A stretch of DNA of 64,000 bases from Candidatus Parcubacteria bacterium (GCA_016196625.1 JACPXH010000007.1:86461-150460), one strand, 5' to 3'. Shown: positions 14,678 through 25,233, counted from the first letter of the stretch. Notes: generated by a model from the letters alone, not told the origin. A program made the numbers and translations.

Positions 14678-15604
14678 TTATCCAAGGAAGTCGGCAACGA
14701 GCGCGCGCGCTTCGTCGAAGTGCTGCACCCACCGGATGCGCTTGTCTCGTCTGAACCACGTCATCTGCCGACGGGCGTATTGGCGGGTGTGGGTTTTGAT
14801 TAGGCGGATGGCTTTTTCGAGCGTGATCGCTCCATCGAGGTGCTGAATAATTTCGGTATAGCCGATACCGGAGAGCGCCGGCAGCGTGCGTCGGTACTTT
14901 TCGAGGAGCGATTCGACTTCGTTGACGAATCCCTCCTCGATCATCTCGTCTACTCGTCGCTCAATCGTTTCGCACAGTTCTTCCTTGGGTTTCGTGATAC
15001 CGATCTGGAGGGTTTCGTACCGAGCCGAGCCCCTTGCCTTCAGCGCGGCGAACGACCGATTTGCTCCGAGTGCAACTTCGATTGCCCGGATGAGCCGGCG
15101 AGGGTTCGCGGGGTCAACGGCATCCGCGCTCACGGGGTCGAGATCGCGGAGTATCTTCGCAAGTTCGTCCGTTGGTTTTCCCGCAAGCCGCGCGCGCAGT
15201 TGCTGGTTCGGTTCGACCGCGGGGATTACAAGATTATCTACGACCGCGTAAATATACAGGCCCGTTCCGCCAACAAGAAATGGCGCTTTCCCGCGTCGGA
15301 TCGTTTCGTCAATCGCTACCCATGCCCGCTGTTGGTATTGGGCGAGCGTAAATTCTTCATTGAGATCCACGCAGTCAACGAGGTGGTAAGGGATACCTGA
15401 AACAGTGTAGGTATCGCCCTGCCATGCGCCGCGTGGCTTTGATGTTCCAATCGTGAGCTCGCGATAGATCTGTCGTGAATCAGCCGAGATGATTTCAGCG
15501 TTAAACTCGCGCGCAAGCTCAAGCGCCCAAGCGGTTTTGCCGGAGGCGGTCGGGCCGACAATGGCGATGAGTTTGGGGGACCTTGACTTTCCCATTGAGA
15601 ACAT
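14678..15604 (-). CDS. miaA: tRNA dimethylallyltransferase
   Basis: P-loop IAIVGPTASGKT, DSRQIYRELTIGTSKP. Confidence 0.9.
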   Translation of the reverse strand: MFSMGKSRSPKLIAIVGPTASGKTAWALELAREFNAEIISADSRQIYRELTIGTSKPRGAWQGDTYTVSGIPYHLVDCVDLNEEFTLAQYQQRAWVAIDETIRRGKAPFLVGGTGLYIYAVVDNLVIPAVEPNQQLRARLAGKPTDELAKILRDLDPVSADAVDPANPRRLIRAIEVALGANRSFAALKARGSARYETLQIGITKPKEELCETIERRVDEMIEEGFVNEVESLLEKYRRTLPALSGIGYTEIIQHLDGAITLEKAIRLIKTHTRQYARRQMTWFRRDKRIRWVQHFDEARALVADFLG

Positions 15605-15669
15605 TTAATGTGTTGGCTACATTTCCGCAGTTCGCTATTATTCGCAGCAAGGCTTGGGGAGGGGTGGCA

Positions 15670-16080
15670 ATGACGATTGCGGTGAAGCAGGATCAAGCCG
15701 ATCTGGCGTGCAATGTAACCGCTGAACACTTCCTGGATTTCTCCGCATGTAACGGTTTGCGCGAGAAAATCCGGTCCGCGTTTCGAGGCGGTGAGGCGAA
15801 CCAGCTGACTACCGTTTCGTTTATCGCGACGGTGGGGAACCAACAGGAGCGGCTCTCGCTGGGGTTCCATGAGTTCGGGCGTCGCTTGTTCATTTATCTG
15901 TGGCTCGGCCCGAACTACCGGAAGAATCAGGTTCTCTGGACGAAGGCCATGCAGTGGGAGGCGCATCTCCGGCCGCTGCTCGCGCAGAGCGCCGTGGCCG
16001 AGATACGCTTAATGGACCCTGCCTTCTGGTTGGTGCGGCATGGGGTGGGAGTCCAGCACATTACCGTTGACTGCGCATGA
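15670..16080 (+). CDS. hypothetical protein (136 aa)
   Basis: GGGGAGGGGTGGCA-ATG; protein-like composition whereas overlapping antisense ORF is S/P/R-rich junk. Confidence 0.3.
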   Translation: MTIAVKQDQADLACNVTAEHFLDFSACNGLREKIRSAFRGGEANQLTTVSFIATVGNQQERLSLGFHEFGRRLFIYLWLGPNYRKNQVLWTKAMQWEAHLRPLLAQSAVAEIRLMDPAFWLVRHGVGVQHITVDCA

Positions 16081-16168
16081 AGTCTTGCTGCGAATGCCGT
16101 CCGGCCCCCCACCGGACGGTTTCTATTTTATCGCCGGGGTAAGCTCGGAAAACCTGCGCAGATTTCTT

Positions 16169-18043
16169 TTACTTCGTGCGAGCGGTTGTTTTCGCAATCG
16201 TTTCGGTCAATTCTTTGATAACCACCGCAAGTTTCTTTGCGCCCCGGTCTCCTTTTTCGCGGTCGCGTACGGCCACGGCTTTGGCCCGCACTTCTTTGTC
16301 GCCCACGATAAGCATGTAGGGAATTTTCGTGAGTTCGGCATTCCTGATTTTTTTACCCACGGTTTCATTTTGATCCTGGAGTTCGACACGGATCTTTACG
16401 TCTCGCAATGCTCCCAAAACTTTTTTGGCGTAGGCGGCGTGTTTATCCGCGATGGGAATAATAGACACCTGCACCGGCGCAAGCCACAGGGGAAATGCGC
16501 CTGCGTAGTGCTCGATGAGGAACGCAATGAAGCGTTCGTGCGAGCCCAGGGGCGCGCGGTGGATGACAAAAACCGGCTTGTCCTTGCCGTCCTGGTCGCG
16601 GTAGGTGAGGCCGAAGCGTTCGGCCGCGAGGAAGTCGAGCTGGTTGGTGGAGGCCGACTCTTCCCGGCCGATGACGCTCCTTATCTGGAAGTCTACTTTC
16701 GGGCCGTAGAAAGCCGCCTCGCCCTCGGCTTCAACGAATTTCAACCCGGAGCGTTTCAGCGCGCGCCGGATGATCGCGACTGATTTTTTCCAACCCTCGG
16801 GCATGCCGGCATATTTCATTTTGTCTCTCGAAGGAAGCGACAAGCGCATGTAGAAATCTTTGAGGCCGAAGATTTTTTTGTACCAGAATTCGTGCAGTTT
16901 CATCACCCGCAGAAATTCTTCTTCGGCCTGGTCCTCGCGGCAGTAGATGTGGGCATCGTTTTGGGTGAATCCCCGCGTGCGCAACAGTCCCGCGAGCGTG
17001 CCGGACAGTTCGTAGCGATACACCGTGCCGTATTCGGCGTAGCGGATGGGGAGGTCCCGGTAGCTGTGGGGTCGGCTGCGGTAGATCAGGTGCGTGTGCG
17101 GGCAGTTCATGGCTTTCAAGTAGTAGTTGCCGTCATCAAGCGCCATGGGCGGGTACATGCTGCCCAAGTAGTACGGGATGTGCCCAGACATCTTGTACAG
17201 GTCTTCTTTCGCGATGTGGGGGGTACTTACGCGTTCGTAGCCCCAAGCTGATTCAATTTCTTTGGCGTACTGTTCAATGGTATCGCGCAGCACCGTGCCC
17301 TTGGGCAGCCATAGTGGCAGTCCCGGCCCCACTTCAGGAGCAAAGGTAAACAGACCAAATTTTTCGCCCAACACGCGGTGGTCGCGCTTCTTTGCTTCGG
17401 CCTCTTGCCACAGGTAGTGGTCAAGCTCCTTTTTATCGGTGAAAGCCACGCCGTAGATTCGCTGCAGCTGCGGGTTTTTCTCCGAGCCCCGCCCCGCTAA
17501 GCGGGGCACGGAGGGGCGCTCAGCGCCCCGCCAATACGCGCCGGCAATCTGGGTAAGTTTGAACGCATTCGGGTTGAGTTCTTTGGTCGAGGCAACGTGC
17601 GGTCCGCGGCAGAGGTCGCGGAACTTGCCGGTAACGTAGAAGCTTACGGCTTTTGGGGTCTTGGCAGCGCTCGCATTTTGGTCGCGCCGTAATTCGCTGA
17701 TTTCGCCTTCGTTCGTGGTGCCATACTTTTGAAGATCGGCGAGGAGTTCAGCTTTGTAGGGTTGCTCGTGTTCATTGGCCCAAGCGATCGCTTCAGCGAG
17801 CTTCACGTCACGCTTCTTGAACGTAAGGTTCTGGCTGATGAGTTTACCCATTGCAGCTTCGAACTTGGGCAGATCTTCCGGGGTAAGCGGCCGGGGCAGA
17901 CCAAAATCATAGTAGAAACCGTTTTCAATCACCGGCCCGACGCCGAGTTTTGCCTTCGGGAACATTTCCAACACCGCCATCGCGAGGAGATGGCTGAAGG
18001 AATGGCGAATGCGTTTGAGTTTCTCGGTTGGTCGGATAGCCAT
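16169..18043 (-). CDS. thrS: threonyl-tRNA synthetase (no N-terminal TGS domain)
   Basis: HSFSHLLAMAV (HxxxH), class II motifs, anticodon-binding C-terminus. Confidence 0.95.
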   Translation of the reverse strand: MAIRPTEKLKRIRHSFSHLLAMAVLEMFPKAKLGVGPVIENGFYYDFGLPRPLTPEDLPKFEAAMGKLISQNLTFKKRDVKLAEAIAWANEHEQPYKAELLADLQKYGTTNEGEISELRRDQNASAAKTPKAVSFYVTGKFRDLCRGPHVASTKELNPNAFKLTQIAGAYWRGAERPSVPRLAGRGSEKNPQLQRIYGVAFTDKKELDHYLWQEAEAKKRDHRVLGEKFGLFTFAPEVGPGLPLWLPKGTVLRDTIEQYAKEIESAWGYERVSTPHIAKEDLYKMSGHIPYYLGSMYPPMALDDGNYYLKAMNCPHTHLIYRSRPHSYRDLPIRYAEYGTVYRYELSGTLAGLLRTRGFTQNDAHIYCREDQAEEEFLRVMKLHEFWYKKIFGLKDFYMRLSLPSRDKMKYAGMPEGWKKSVAIIRRALKRSGLKFVEAEGEAAFYGPKVDFQIRSVIGREESASTNQLDFLAAERFGLTYRDQDGKDKPVFVIHRAPLGSHERFIAFLIEHYAGAFPLWLAPVQVSIIPIADKHAAYAKKVLGALRDVKIRVELQDQNETVGKKIRNAELTKIPYMLIVGDKEVRAKAVAVRDREKGDRGAKKLAVVIKELTETIAKTTARTK

Positions 18044-18097
18044 ACTACCCCATGCATCAATTTTCGAATTCTGAATGTTGAACCGAATTCGAATGTT

Positions 18098-19522
18098 TCA
18101 AAATTCTGGACTTACCCCTTGAAGGTATAGATGAGTGTTGTATCCCCCCGCTGATTTTTGATATACCAGATAGTCAGCATCTATATCCCAATCCATGATT
18201 TTGTTTTGGGTAAGGATGATTGCTTCTTTACCTGTCGCCAGATCAACTCGAGCAATGCTGTTGGCACCGGGTTCATAGTCGCTATCAGAGAAGGCATTGC
18301 CGGTGCCAAATGAGAAGTAAAATCGGTTGTTATCCAGTCTTCCCCGAACCCAAACGCGATTGGTAGGGTCGCGCATTTCTTTTGTGAACACAGTTTTCCG
18401 TGGTTCCATCTGATCAACTTTTACTGTGAGGGTAGTTGTGGGATCGGATGCCGAGGGGCCGATCTTATAGGCGTATGCCACATAATTATTTTGGCAATCG
18501 ATGAGGGTGTCGCCGGCGATGGAGTCACGTTGCTGAGTCGTGAGCCCGTAACGCTTGATGCCGCCGCTAATCTCATAGCAGACATTGCTTCCTCCGACCA
18601 TAACGTTGAATGGGGTTGATGCGCCGCCAAACGGCACGTTTTCGTTTAGGCTGCTCAGGTCAACTTCTCGTTTCGTCGCAAGATCATATAGAAATAGGTT
18701 TCCTTTTTTGACACCGTAGATGTTTGGATTAGAACCGTGGCTAGCCACGAGATAATTGCTGGATTTTCCATAGATAGCGCTTACTCCTTCGCTGATGAGC
18801 TCTGCTTTTCCAGAGGAGGGATTGTAAGTGTAGAGTTTGGCATCCTGCGTCCAGTATACTCCTCCGTCAAACACACCGGCGCTTTCAGCGGAGCCATCGC
18901 GGGCATCTTCAAGATGAGTTAGCTGGGTGGCGGTGCCTTGGGAGGTGGTTGGGGCGAATTCGAAGAGAAATACATCCCAGATATTCTTTGGATATGTGGG
19001 GGGCTCCTTTGTGTGTTCAATCCATACTATTTTGTTTTTTTCTATCCGTAGGGTGTTTTTTGCCGATAGTCTGCTGTTGAAAATGACGGCCTGCGAGAAA
19101 TCGTACCTTTTTGTTCCTTGTTCGATCGGATTTTTGCGTTCTATTGTTGCTTGTTGAAAGAATGGCGGTACGACTATCGCTATGAATTGCAGTACCGAGA
19201 ATACTATTACCGTGAGTAGAAAAGAGAAGATGTATTTTCGTCCTGATTGATCAAGGCGGCGGAAGAGAAACAGCACTACGAAACTGGCAATCGGAATTTC
19301 GAGGAGCAAAAAGTAAAAATACAGAATGGGTATGCTTGTTGAGAAGATATAGATGGGATTAACCAACAAAACGAGAGCTCCCCCTCTCTTAAAAAGCAAT
19401 GAACCAAGTAGTCCATATAAAGATCCGCTTAAGAGCGCATTCAGGACGCCTGCGATGATCAACAAAAAGTAGAAAAGCATATTATGTAGAAGGGCTAAAG
19501 TTTTCGGTTTCGTAACCGCCAA
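18098..19522 (-). CDS. membrane-anchored protein with predicted beta-propeller-like periplasmic domain; low-GC gene
   Basis: 4 N-terminal hydrophobic helices; repeated (D/N)YLV(Y/A) strands; DNA visibly AT-richer than neighbours. Confidence 0.6.
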   Translation of the reverse strand: MAVTKPKTLALLHNMLFYFLLIIAGVLNALLSGSLYGLLGSLLFKRGGALVLLVNPIYIFSTSIPILYFYFLLLEIPIASFVVLFLFRRLDQSGRKYIFSFLLTVIVFSVLQFIAIVVPPFFQQATIERKNPIEQGTKRYDFSQAVIFNSRLSAKNTLRIEKNKIVWIEHTKEPPTYPKNIWDVFLFEFAPTTSQGTATQLTHLEDARDGSAESAGVFDGGVYWTQDAKLYTYNPSSGKAELISEGVSAIYGKSSNYLVASHGSNPNIYGVKKGNLFLYDLATKREVDLSSLNENVPFGGASTPFNVMVGGSNVCYEISGGIKRYGLTTQQRDSIAGDTLIDCQNNYVAYAYKIGPSASDPTTTLTVKVDQMEPRKTVFTKEMRDPTNRVWVRGRLDNNRFYFSFGTGNAFSDSDYEPGANSIARVDLATGKEAIILTQNKIMDWDIDADYLVYQKSAGGYNTHLYLQGVSPEF

Positions 19523-19575
19523 CTAAAAACCGATGACCGAAACTTATAACTTATAACTGACAATTGATAACCGGG

Positions 19576-22500
19576 TCAGTTTTCTCCAACCACCACCGCT
19601 TCATCGGCGAGGAGCTTTAAATTCCCATCTTTATCTGACAGTCGCCCCTTCGCCAAAATGATGTTTTCTTCGTGCCAGACGTTCGGTGTCCTTTCTAAAA
19701 CCGATGGGAAGACGAGCACCTCGATTTGCTGGGTGAGATCTTGCACGCCCACGAAGAGCATGGGTGAGCCGCTCTTCGTGATCTTCTTGGCGATGTTAGA
19801 TACAATACCGCCGATTTTGACTGTTTGTCCAATGCGTAACCTGGTCAATTGATTGATGGGCGTTGTCACTTTTGACAGTCGGGCCGAATAATCGGTCAGC
19901 GGGTGTTCGGTCACGTACATGCCCAAGAGTTCCCGTTCCCACGCGAGGCGCTCTTTTTTAGCAGCGGGCGGCGCGTCAACGAGGCGGACTTTGGTCAAAG
20001 CGACATCGGGGGCATTCGCAAACAGGCTCGTTTGACCATTGGCCAGGCTACTTCGTTGGCTGCGGGCAAAGTTTTGGATGGTTTCGAGATTCGCGAGCAA
20101 TTGGTTGCGCTCGCCGAGTGAATCCATAGCCCCGGACTTGATCAGCGATTCGAGTGATTTGCGGTTGAGATCTCGTTGCGCGGTGCGCTCGACAAAATCA
20201 GTGATATCGCGATATCCGCCCTGCGCGGTGCGCTCGGCGATGATCGCTTCCACCACGTTCACGCCGACATTTTTGATGGCCGTGAGGCCAAATCTAACCG
20301 CCCCGCCCACCACCGAGAAGTGCACGCTTGATTCATTCACATCCGGCGGCAGTACCGCGAGCCCCATGTCACGCGCTTCTTGCACCAGGAACGCGGTGCG
20401 GTCAATGTCGCCTTCTTCCGAGGTCATGAGCGCGGCGATGAACTCTGACGGATAGTGCGCTTTGAGGTACGCTGTCCAGTAGCCAATAAGGGCGTAGCAG
20501 GCGGCGTGGGAACGGTTGAAGCCGTAGCGGGCAAAGGGTTCAAAATAGTCAAAGATTTGCTCGGCCAGTTTTTTGTCGATGGCGTTGGCGACGCAGCCTT
20601 CCACAAAACGTTTCCGTTCGTTGAGTAGCAGCTCTTTAATCTTTTTGCCGATGGCTTTACGCAGTGTGTCGGCTTGGCCGGGCGTGTAGCCGGCGAGGGC
20701 CTTGGCAATTTCCATGATCTGTTCTTGGTAGATGGCAATGCCGTAAGTGTTTTTCAAAATGGGCTCGAGCTTGGGGTGCCAATAGGAGATTTTTTTACGG
20801 CCATGCTTGCGGTCGATGAACTCCGGGATAAATTCCATGGGTCCGGGTCGGAAGAGTGAAACCATGGCGATAATGTCTTCGAGTTCGGTGGGTTTCAGAT
20901 CTTTGAGGTGGCGTTTCATGCCGTTGCTGTTGTGAACGACGAAGCTATTCGCAACGAAATTGTTGGCTGGAGCCCGCATCGCGATATCGTACGTTTGTGC
21001 TCTGCCCGCTGGCTTAATCTCCTTGACGGTCGTCCACATGAAGCCTCGAGGTATGGCCGGACATTCCCACCGAATCAGTTGTTTGTACTGGAGGGCGAGT
21101 TCAGCAAACTTTGTTGCGCTTATGAGAACGAAATTGTGTTGGGGGTACTGGGAGGTAAAGAGGCATATCTTCTCTTGGTCCAGCTCGTGCAGCCAGCCCT
21201 TGATTTCGTAGAATGTATTGTCGTGCGGAGTATAAAAGTCGGGCGTGTACGACATGAGCGTGCCGTCCGCGCGACGCAGCTCGAAGGTCTTCGGCTCGTA
21301 TTCGTACGCAGCGCGGTGGAGTTTTAGGATCCGTGCAAAGTCGGCCTCCCAGTTCGAGCGAACATAGTGGCCGAGATCTGGTCGGTATCCTCCTTTGCGG
21401 TGCGGTGCTCGCTGCCCATACATTGGATTGCCGGTTCCGCGGAACCTCTCGAAGGATTGACGTCGTAGCGCCTCCGCCCGCTCCTTTACGTGGAGCATCT
21501 CGTGCGTCCTCCCGGTCAACGCGCGGGAAATTTTTCTGCCGGTCTCACGGAGGGTGTCGTTGGTCTTTTTCGTCAGTCTGGTGTTCCACGGTTGCCCGCC
21601 ATTCGCAAAAAATATTTTCTGGGCCACGGAAATTCTTTGCCGTGAAAACGTCTTCGCGGGGTTCCGATAGACGCACGCTGAACAGCGGTAGCAGTAGGTA
21701 CTCTTTCCGTGTTTCTGTCCATTGATTTGGACGCCGCACCGTTGACAGGTATTCCAGATATCGTATTTCGCCCGCGTCTTCACCAATACATTGTCCCCCG
21801 GTTCAATGTCTGCGAGTTTTTTCCATCCATCGCTCGTGAGAAACATGTGTTCTGTGGTCGCTTTGATGTACCGGCGATCTTCGGTAATGAGTGCTGATAC
21901 GTTCTTCTCTCCGCGTGTGGCAACGGCAAGGATATCGTTATTGTGCACCGTCCCGGTGTCGAGGTAGACGGAACGCAAACTCTTCCTGTTAGATTTTTGG
22001 TACAGTTGTTCGATCGTCAGGTTCGAGACGGTAGTTTCTCCTGATATGCATTCGAACTGGAACACTCCGGTGGTCCGTCCTTCTTGAAAAAGCCGGTACG
22101 TCGCAGGATCGTCGAGGGGGATATCCTCGATGGTGAGATGTGCCTGCGGCTCGATGGCGTTCAATACGTGTTCGATGAGCGTAAGGTTTTTGAGCCCGAG
22201 GAAGTCAATTTTGAGCAGGCCCAAATCTTCGATCGAATGCATCTCATATTGCGTCACGATTGTAAGGTCGTCCTGACTGGCCCGCTGCAGGGGCACGTAC
22301 TCGGGGAGGGCGTCTTTGGTAATGACCACGCCACAGGCGTGGGTGGATGCATGGCGGGCAACGCCCTCAAGTTTGCGCGCGGCGTCTAAGAGGTGTTTGG
22401 CGTCTTCATCGTTTTCGTAGAGTTCCTTTAACTCCGGGACGACCGCGAGCGCTTGCTCGAGCTTCAACTGGAAGGGAACGAGCTTGGCGATTTGGTCGCA

Positions 22501-23859
22501 GAAACTGTAGGGCATACCGAGGGCGCGACCAGTATCCCTGACGGCAGCTCGGGCGGCCATGGTGCCGAACGTGATGATCTGCGCCACGTGGTCGCGGCCA
22601 TAGCGTTCCGCCACGTACTGCAGCACTTCGTTGCGACGATGGTCGGCAAAATCAAGGTCAATGTCGGGCATGGAAATGCGGTCGGGGTTGAGGAAGCGCT
22701 CGAAGAGCAAGCCGTACTTGAGCGGATCGATATCGGTGATGTTGAGCAGGTATGAAACGATGCTGCCGGCGGCTGACCCACGTCCCGGGCCCACCACAAT
22801 GCCCCGCGCTTTGGCCCAGTTCACGAAGTCTTGGACAATGAGGAAATACGAACCGAAGGCGGTTTTGGTGATTACCGCTAGCTCGTATTCAAGACGTTTT
22901 AATACCGCAGCGCTCACCCCACCATCGCCGTAGCGCTTGGGCAAACCGCGGTAGCACAGTTCTTTGAGAAAGGAATCCGCGCTGTAACCCGTCGGCACTT
23001 CAAAGTGGGGCAGGATGGGCGTGCCCAATTTGAGTTTCCAATCGCACTGTTCGGCAATTTTGACGGTGTTCGCGAGCGCTTCCGGCACATCCGCGAACGC
23101 TTGCGCAATTAGCTGCGGGTCTTTAAGCGAGAAGTCGTCGCCTTTGATGGTGAGGCGTTCTTCGTCATCAATCCGGGTGCCCGTTTGCACGGCCATCAAA
23201 ATGTCCTGGGCGTCGGCGTCTTCGGGCCGCACATAGTGGGTGTCATTGGTGACGACGAGGGGCAAATCAAGTTTTTTTGAAAATTGCTTTAAGGCTTCGT
23301 TCACTTTGGTCTGTTCGGGAATGTTGGGGTGGTGCTGGAGTTCGAGATAGAAATGCTCTTGGCCAAAAATGTTTACGTATTCATGGCAGAGCGTCTCGGC
23401 CCGTTCGAGGTTGCCGGCGAGAATGGCGCGGGGAATCTCCCCGGACAAACATGACGAAAACCCGATGAGTCCCTCGCTGAAGGCGGCGAGTGTGGCTTTG
23501 TCCACACGGGGTTTGTAGTAAAAGCCTTCGAGATGGGCGCGGGTTACGAGCCTGACGAGATTGCGGTAGCCGGTTTCGTTTTTGGCGATGACAAGCAGGT
23601 GGTAGCGGTTTTCTTTGATTCCGGCCGACCGGTCAGCCATCGCGCCGTCAGTGAGGTACAGTTCGCAGCCGATAAGTGGTTTGATGTCGCGCTTCTTCGC
23701 CTTTTGGTAGAATTCGACGGCACCATAGAGCACGCCGTGGTCGGTCAGGGCGAGCGCATCCATGCCGAGTTCTTTGGCTCGGTCGAGGAGTTCGTCAATC
23801 TTGCCCAGTCCATCGAGCAAGCTGTAATGAGAATGTACGTGTAGATGTACAAACTTCAT
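19576..23859 (-). CDS. dnaE: DNA polymerase III alpha subunit interrupted by one intein
   Basis: PHP domain MKFVHLHVHSHYSLLDG; GVFQFE|[intein]|SNGMKRHLKDLKPTELEDIIAMVSLFRPGP. Confidence 0.95.
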   Translation of the reverse strand: MKFVHLHVHSHYSLLDGLGKIDELLDRAKELGMDALALTDHGVLYGAVEFYQKAKKRDIKPLIGCELYLTDGAMADRSAGIKENRYHLLVIAKNETGYRNLVRLVTRAHLEGFYYKPRVDKATLAAFSEGLIGFSSCLSGEIPRAILAGNLERAETLCHEYVNIFGQEHFYLELQHHPNIPEQTKVNEALKQFSKKLDLPLVVTNDTHYVRPEDADAQDILMAVQTGTRIDDEERLTIKGDDFSLKDPQLIAQAFADVPEALANTVKIAEQCDWKLKLGTPILPHFEVPTGYSADSFLKELCYRGLPKRYGDGGVSAAVLKRLEYELAVITKTAFGSYFLIVQDFVNWAKARGIVVGPGRGSAAGSIVSYLLNITDIDPLKYGLLFERFLNPDRISMPDIDLDFADHRRNEVLQYVAERYGRDHVAQIITFGTMAARAAVRDTGRALGMPYSFCDQIAKLVPFQLKLEQALAVVPELKELYENDEDAKHLLDAARKLEGVARHASTHACGVVITKDALPEYVPLQRASQDDLTIVTQYEMHSIEDLGLLKIDFLGLKNLTLIEHVLNAIEPQAHLTIEDIPLDDPATYRLFQEGRTTGVFQFECISGETTVSNLTIEQLYQKSNRKSLRSVYLDTGTVHNNDILAVATRGEKNVSALITEDRRYIKATTEHMFLTSDGWKKLADIEPGDNVLVKTRAKYDIWNTCQRCGVQINGQKHGKSTYCYRCSACVYRNPAKTFSRQRISVAQKIFFANGGQPWNTRLTKKTNDTLRETGRKISRALTGRTHEMLHVKERAEALRRQSFERFRGTGNPMYGQRAPHRKGGYRPDLGHYVRSNWEADFARILKLHRAAYEYEPKTFELRRADGTLMSYTPDFYTPHDNTFYEIKGWLHELDQEKICLFTSQYPQHNFVLISATKFAELALQYKQLIRWECPAIPRGFMWTTVKEIKPAGRAQTYDIAMRAPANNFVANSFVVHNSNGMKRHLKDLKPTELEDIIAMVSLFRPGPMEFIPEFIDRKHGRKKISYWHPKLEPILKNTYGIAIYQEQIMEIAKALAGYTPGQADTLRKAIGKKIKELLLNERKRFVEGCVANAIDKKLAEQIFDYFEPFARYGFNRSHAACYALIGYWTAYLKAHYPSEFIAALMTSEEGDIDRTAFLVQEARDMGLAVLPPDVNESSVHFSVVGGAVRFGLTAIKNVGVNVVEAIIAERTAQGGYRDITDFVERTAQRDLNRKSLESLIKSGAMDSLGERNQLLANLETIQNFARSQRSSLANGQTSLFANAPDVALTKVRLVDAPPAAKKERLAWERELLGMYVTEHPLTDYSARLSKVTTPINQLTRLRIGQTVKIGGIVSNIAKKITKSGSPMLFVGVQDLTQQIEVLVFPSVLERTPNVWHEENIILAKGRLSDKDGNLKLLADEAVVVGEN
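20929..22050 (-). mobile_element. dnaE intein (374 aa) with non-LAGLIDADG nuclease-like insert (Cys4 zinc ribbon + PD-(D/E)xK-like TPDFY...EIKGW)
   Basis: starts CISGETTV after GVFQFE; ends VVHN|S; CQRCG...CYRCSAC; no LAGLIDADG motifs. Confidence 0.8.
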
Positions 23860-24299
23860 GGTTTTTTTGAGAGGACGCTTGCTCCGTTAAACCCCGAAGG
23901 GATTTGTTCGGGGTGTAGGTGAACGAATTTCGTAGCCATGTGTTTTGTTCGTGTTTTCCATTGAGGCCGGTCGCCGCCACTCCCTTAGCGATCGTTCGCT
24001 CGTCCAGCGACTCGCAATCAAGGAATGCTCCGGGGCGGCGCACTCGGCCTCGCGTCCCTCGATACGACTCGGGACAAGCTCGGTCGGCGCCGCCCGTTCG
24101 GAGCCAAGCAGTTGGCTCCTCACCCTCACCACCTGCCGAGCACTCACGCGGACGCGGTGAGTGCTCGGACCGTGCCAGGTGATTGCGGATGTCGCTTCGG
24201 GAGCGACGGCGACCGGCCTGAAGGCATATTTTCCTTCCATGCCGTTGCCGTGCGTACGTCCCTAGTTCCAATCAAAAGTTCTCCACCTATAATAAGGGG

Positions 24300-24926
24300 A
24301 TGGGGAGGATGAAACAAACTGTGCACAAACCGATGGACCTGCAGTATTTTCGCCGCGGCGTCAAACTCGTGGCTGGGCTTGATGAAGTGGGTAGGGGGGC
24401 GCTCGCCGGGCCCGTTGTGGCGTGCGCGGCGGTGTTTGACCAGCAAGGGATTCGGCAGCTTCACAGGCTCGGCGTGCGCGATTCGAAGCGCCTCGCGCCT
24501 CGAAGGCGCGAGGCGCTTTGCCCGCAGATCAAACAAGCGGCGCTGGCCGTAGCGTTCGGGTCATGTTCAGCCAGCATAATTGATCGAATCAACCCCCACC
24601 GCGCTACGCTCCTGGCATTGGGCCGGGCATTCCAAAATTTGAAAATGGCGCCCCACCACTGCTTGGTTGACGGCCCGCACGCGCCCAGGACTTCGGTGCC
24701 GACGACCCCGTTGGTTAAGGGTGATGATCGGTTCCTGGCGATTGCGGCGGCTTCAATTTTGGCGAAGGTCAGGCGCGACCGGCTCATGACCAGACGGCAC
24801 CGCAAGTTTCCGGCCTACAACTTCCCGCAGCACAAAGGGTATGGTACCAAGATGCACCAATCAGCAATCAGGAAGCACGGCCCGTCGGCAATGCATCGGT
24901 TGACGTTTGTGTGGCGTATCGGCTAA
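24300..24926 (+). CDS. rnhB: ribonuclease HII
   Basis: GLDEVGRGALAGPVV, DSKRL, IAAASILAKVRRD, GYG. Confidence 0.9.
   Translation: MGRMKQTVHKPMDLQYFRRGVKLVAGLDEVGRGALAGPVVACAAVFDQQGIRQLHRLGVRDSKRLAPRRREALCPQIKQAALAVAFGSCSASIIDRINPHRATLLALGRAFQNLKMAPHHCLVDGPHAPRTSVPTTPLVKGDDRFLAIAAASILAKVRRDRLMTRRHRKFPAYNFPQHKGYGTKMHQSAIRKHGPSAMHRLTFVWRIG
24875..24912 (+). repeat. 38-bp direct repeat copy A (3' end of rnhB)
   Basis: gcacggcccgtcggcaatgcatcggttgacgtttgtgt; 37/38 identical to 25643-25680. Confidence 0.8.
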
Positions 24927-24987
24927 GACGCGAGGAAAGAAATAGGGACAACGCGTTGACTGAAGCGATTCGGTTGATTTAGGATAT

Positions 24988-25233
24988 GTGCGCATGACTT
25001 ATCTCGGCCGCATCGAAATTAACCCAGGGAAACTGTTGGGCAAGCCGGTTATTAAAGGCACCAGAATTCCGGTGGCTTTGATTTTAAATTTGTTCGCTCG
25101 GGGATATACGATCGATAGGATTTTGGAAGCGTACCCCAATCTGAGGAGGGCAGACGTTCTGGCCGCCCTACGCTATTCCGAAGCGCGACTGAAACGCGAA
25201 TCCGTGGCGCCGCTTGCCGCATCGAGCCGATGA
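24988..25233 (+). CDS. DUF433-family antitoxin-like protein
   Basis: GKPVIKGTRIPVALILNLFARGYTIDRILEAYPNLRRADVLAAL. Confidence 0.7.
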   Translation: MRMTYLGRIEINPGKLLGKPVIKGTRIPVALILNLFARGYTIDRILEAYPNLRRADVLAALRYSEARLKRESVAPLAASSR

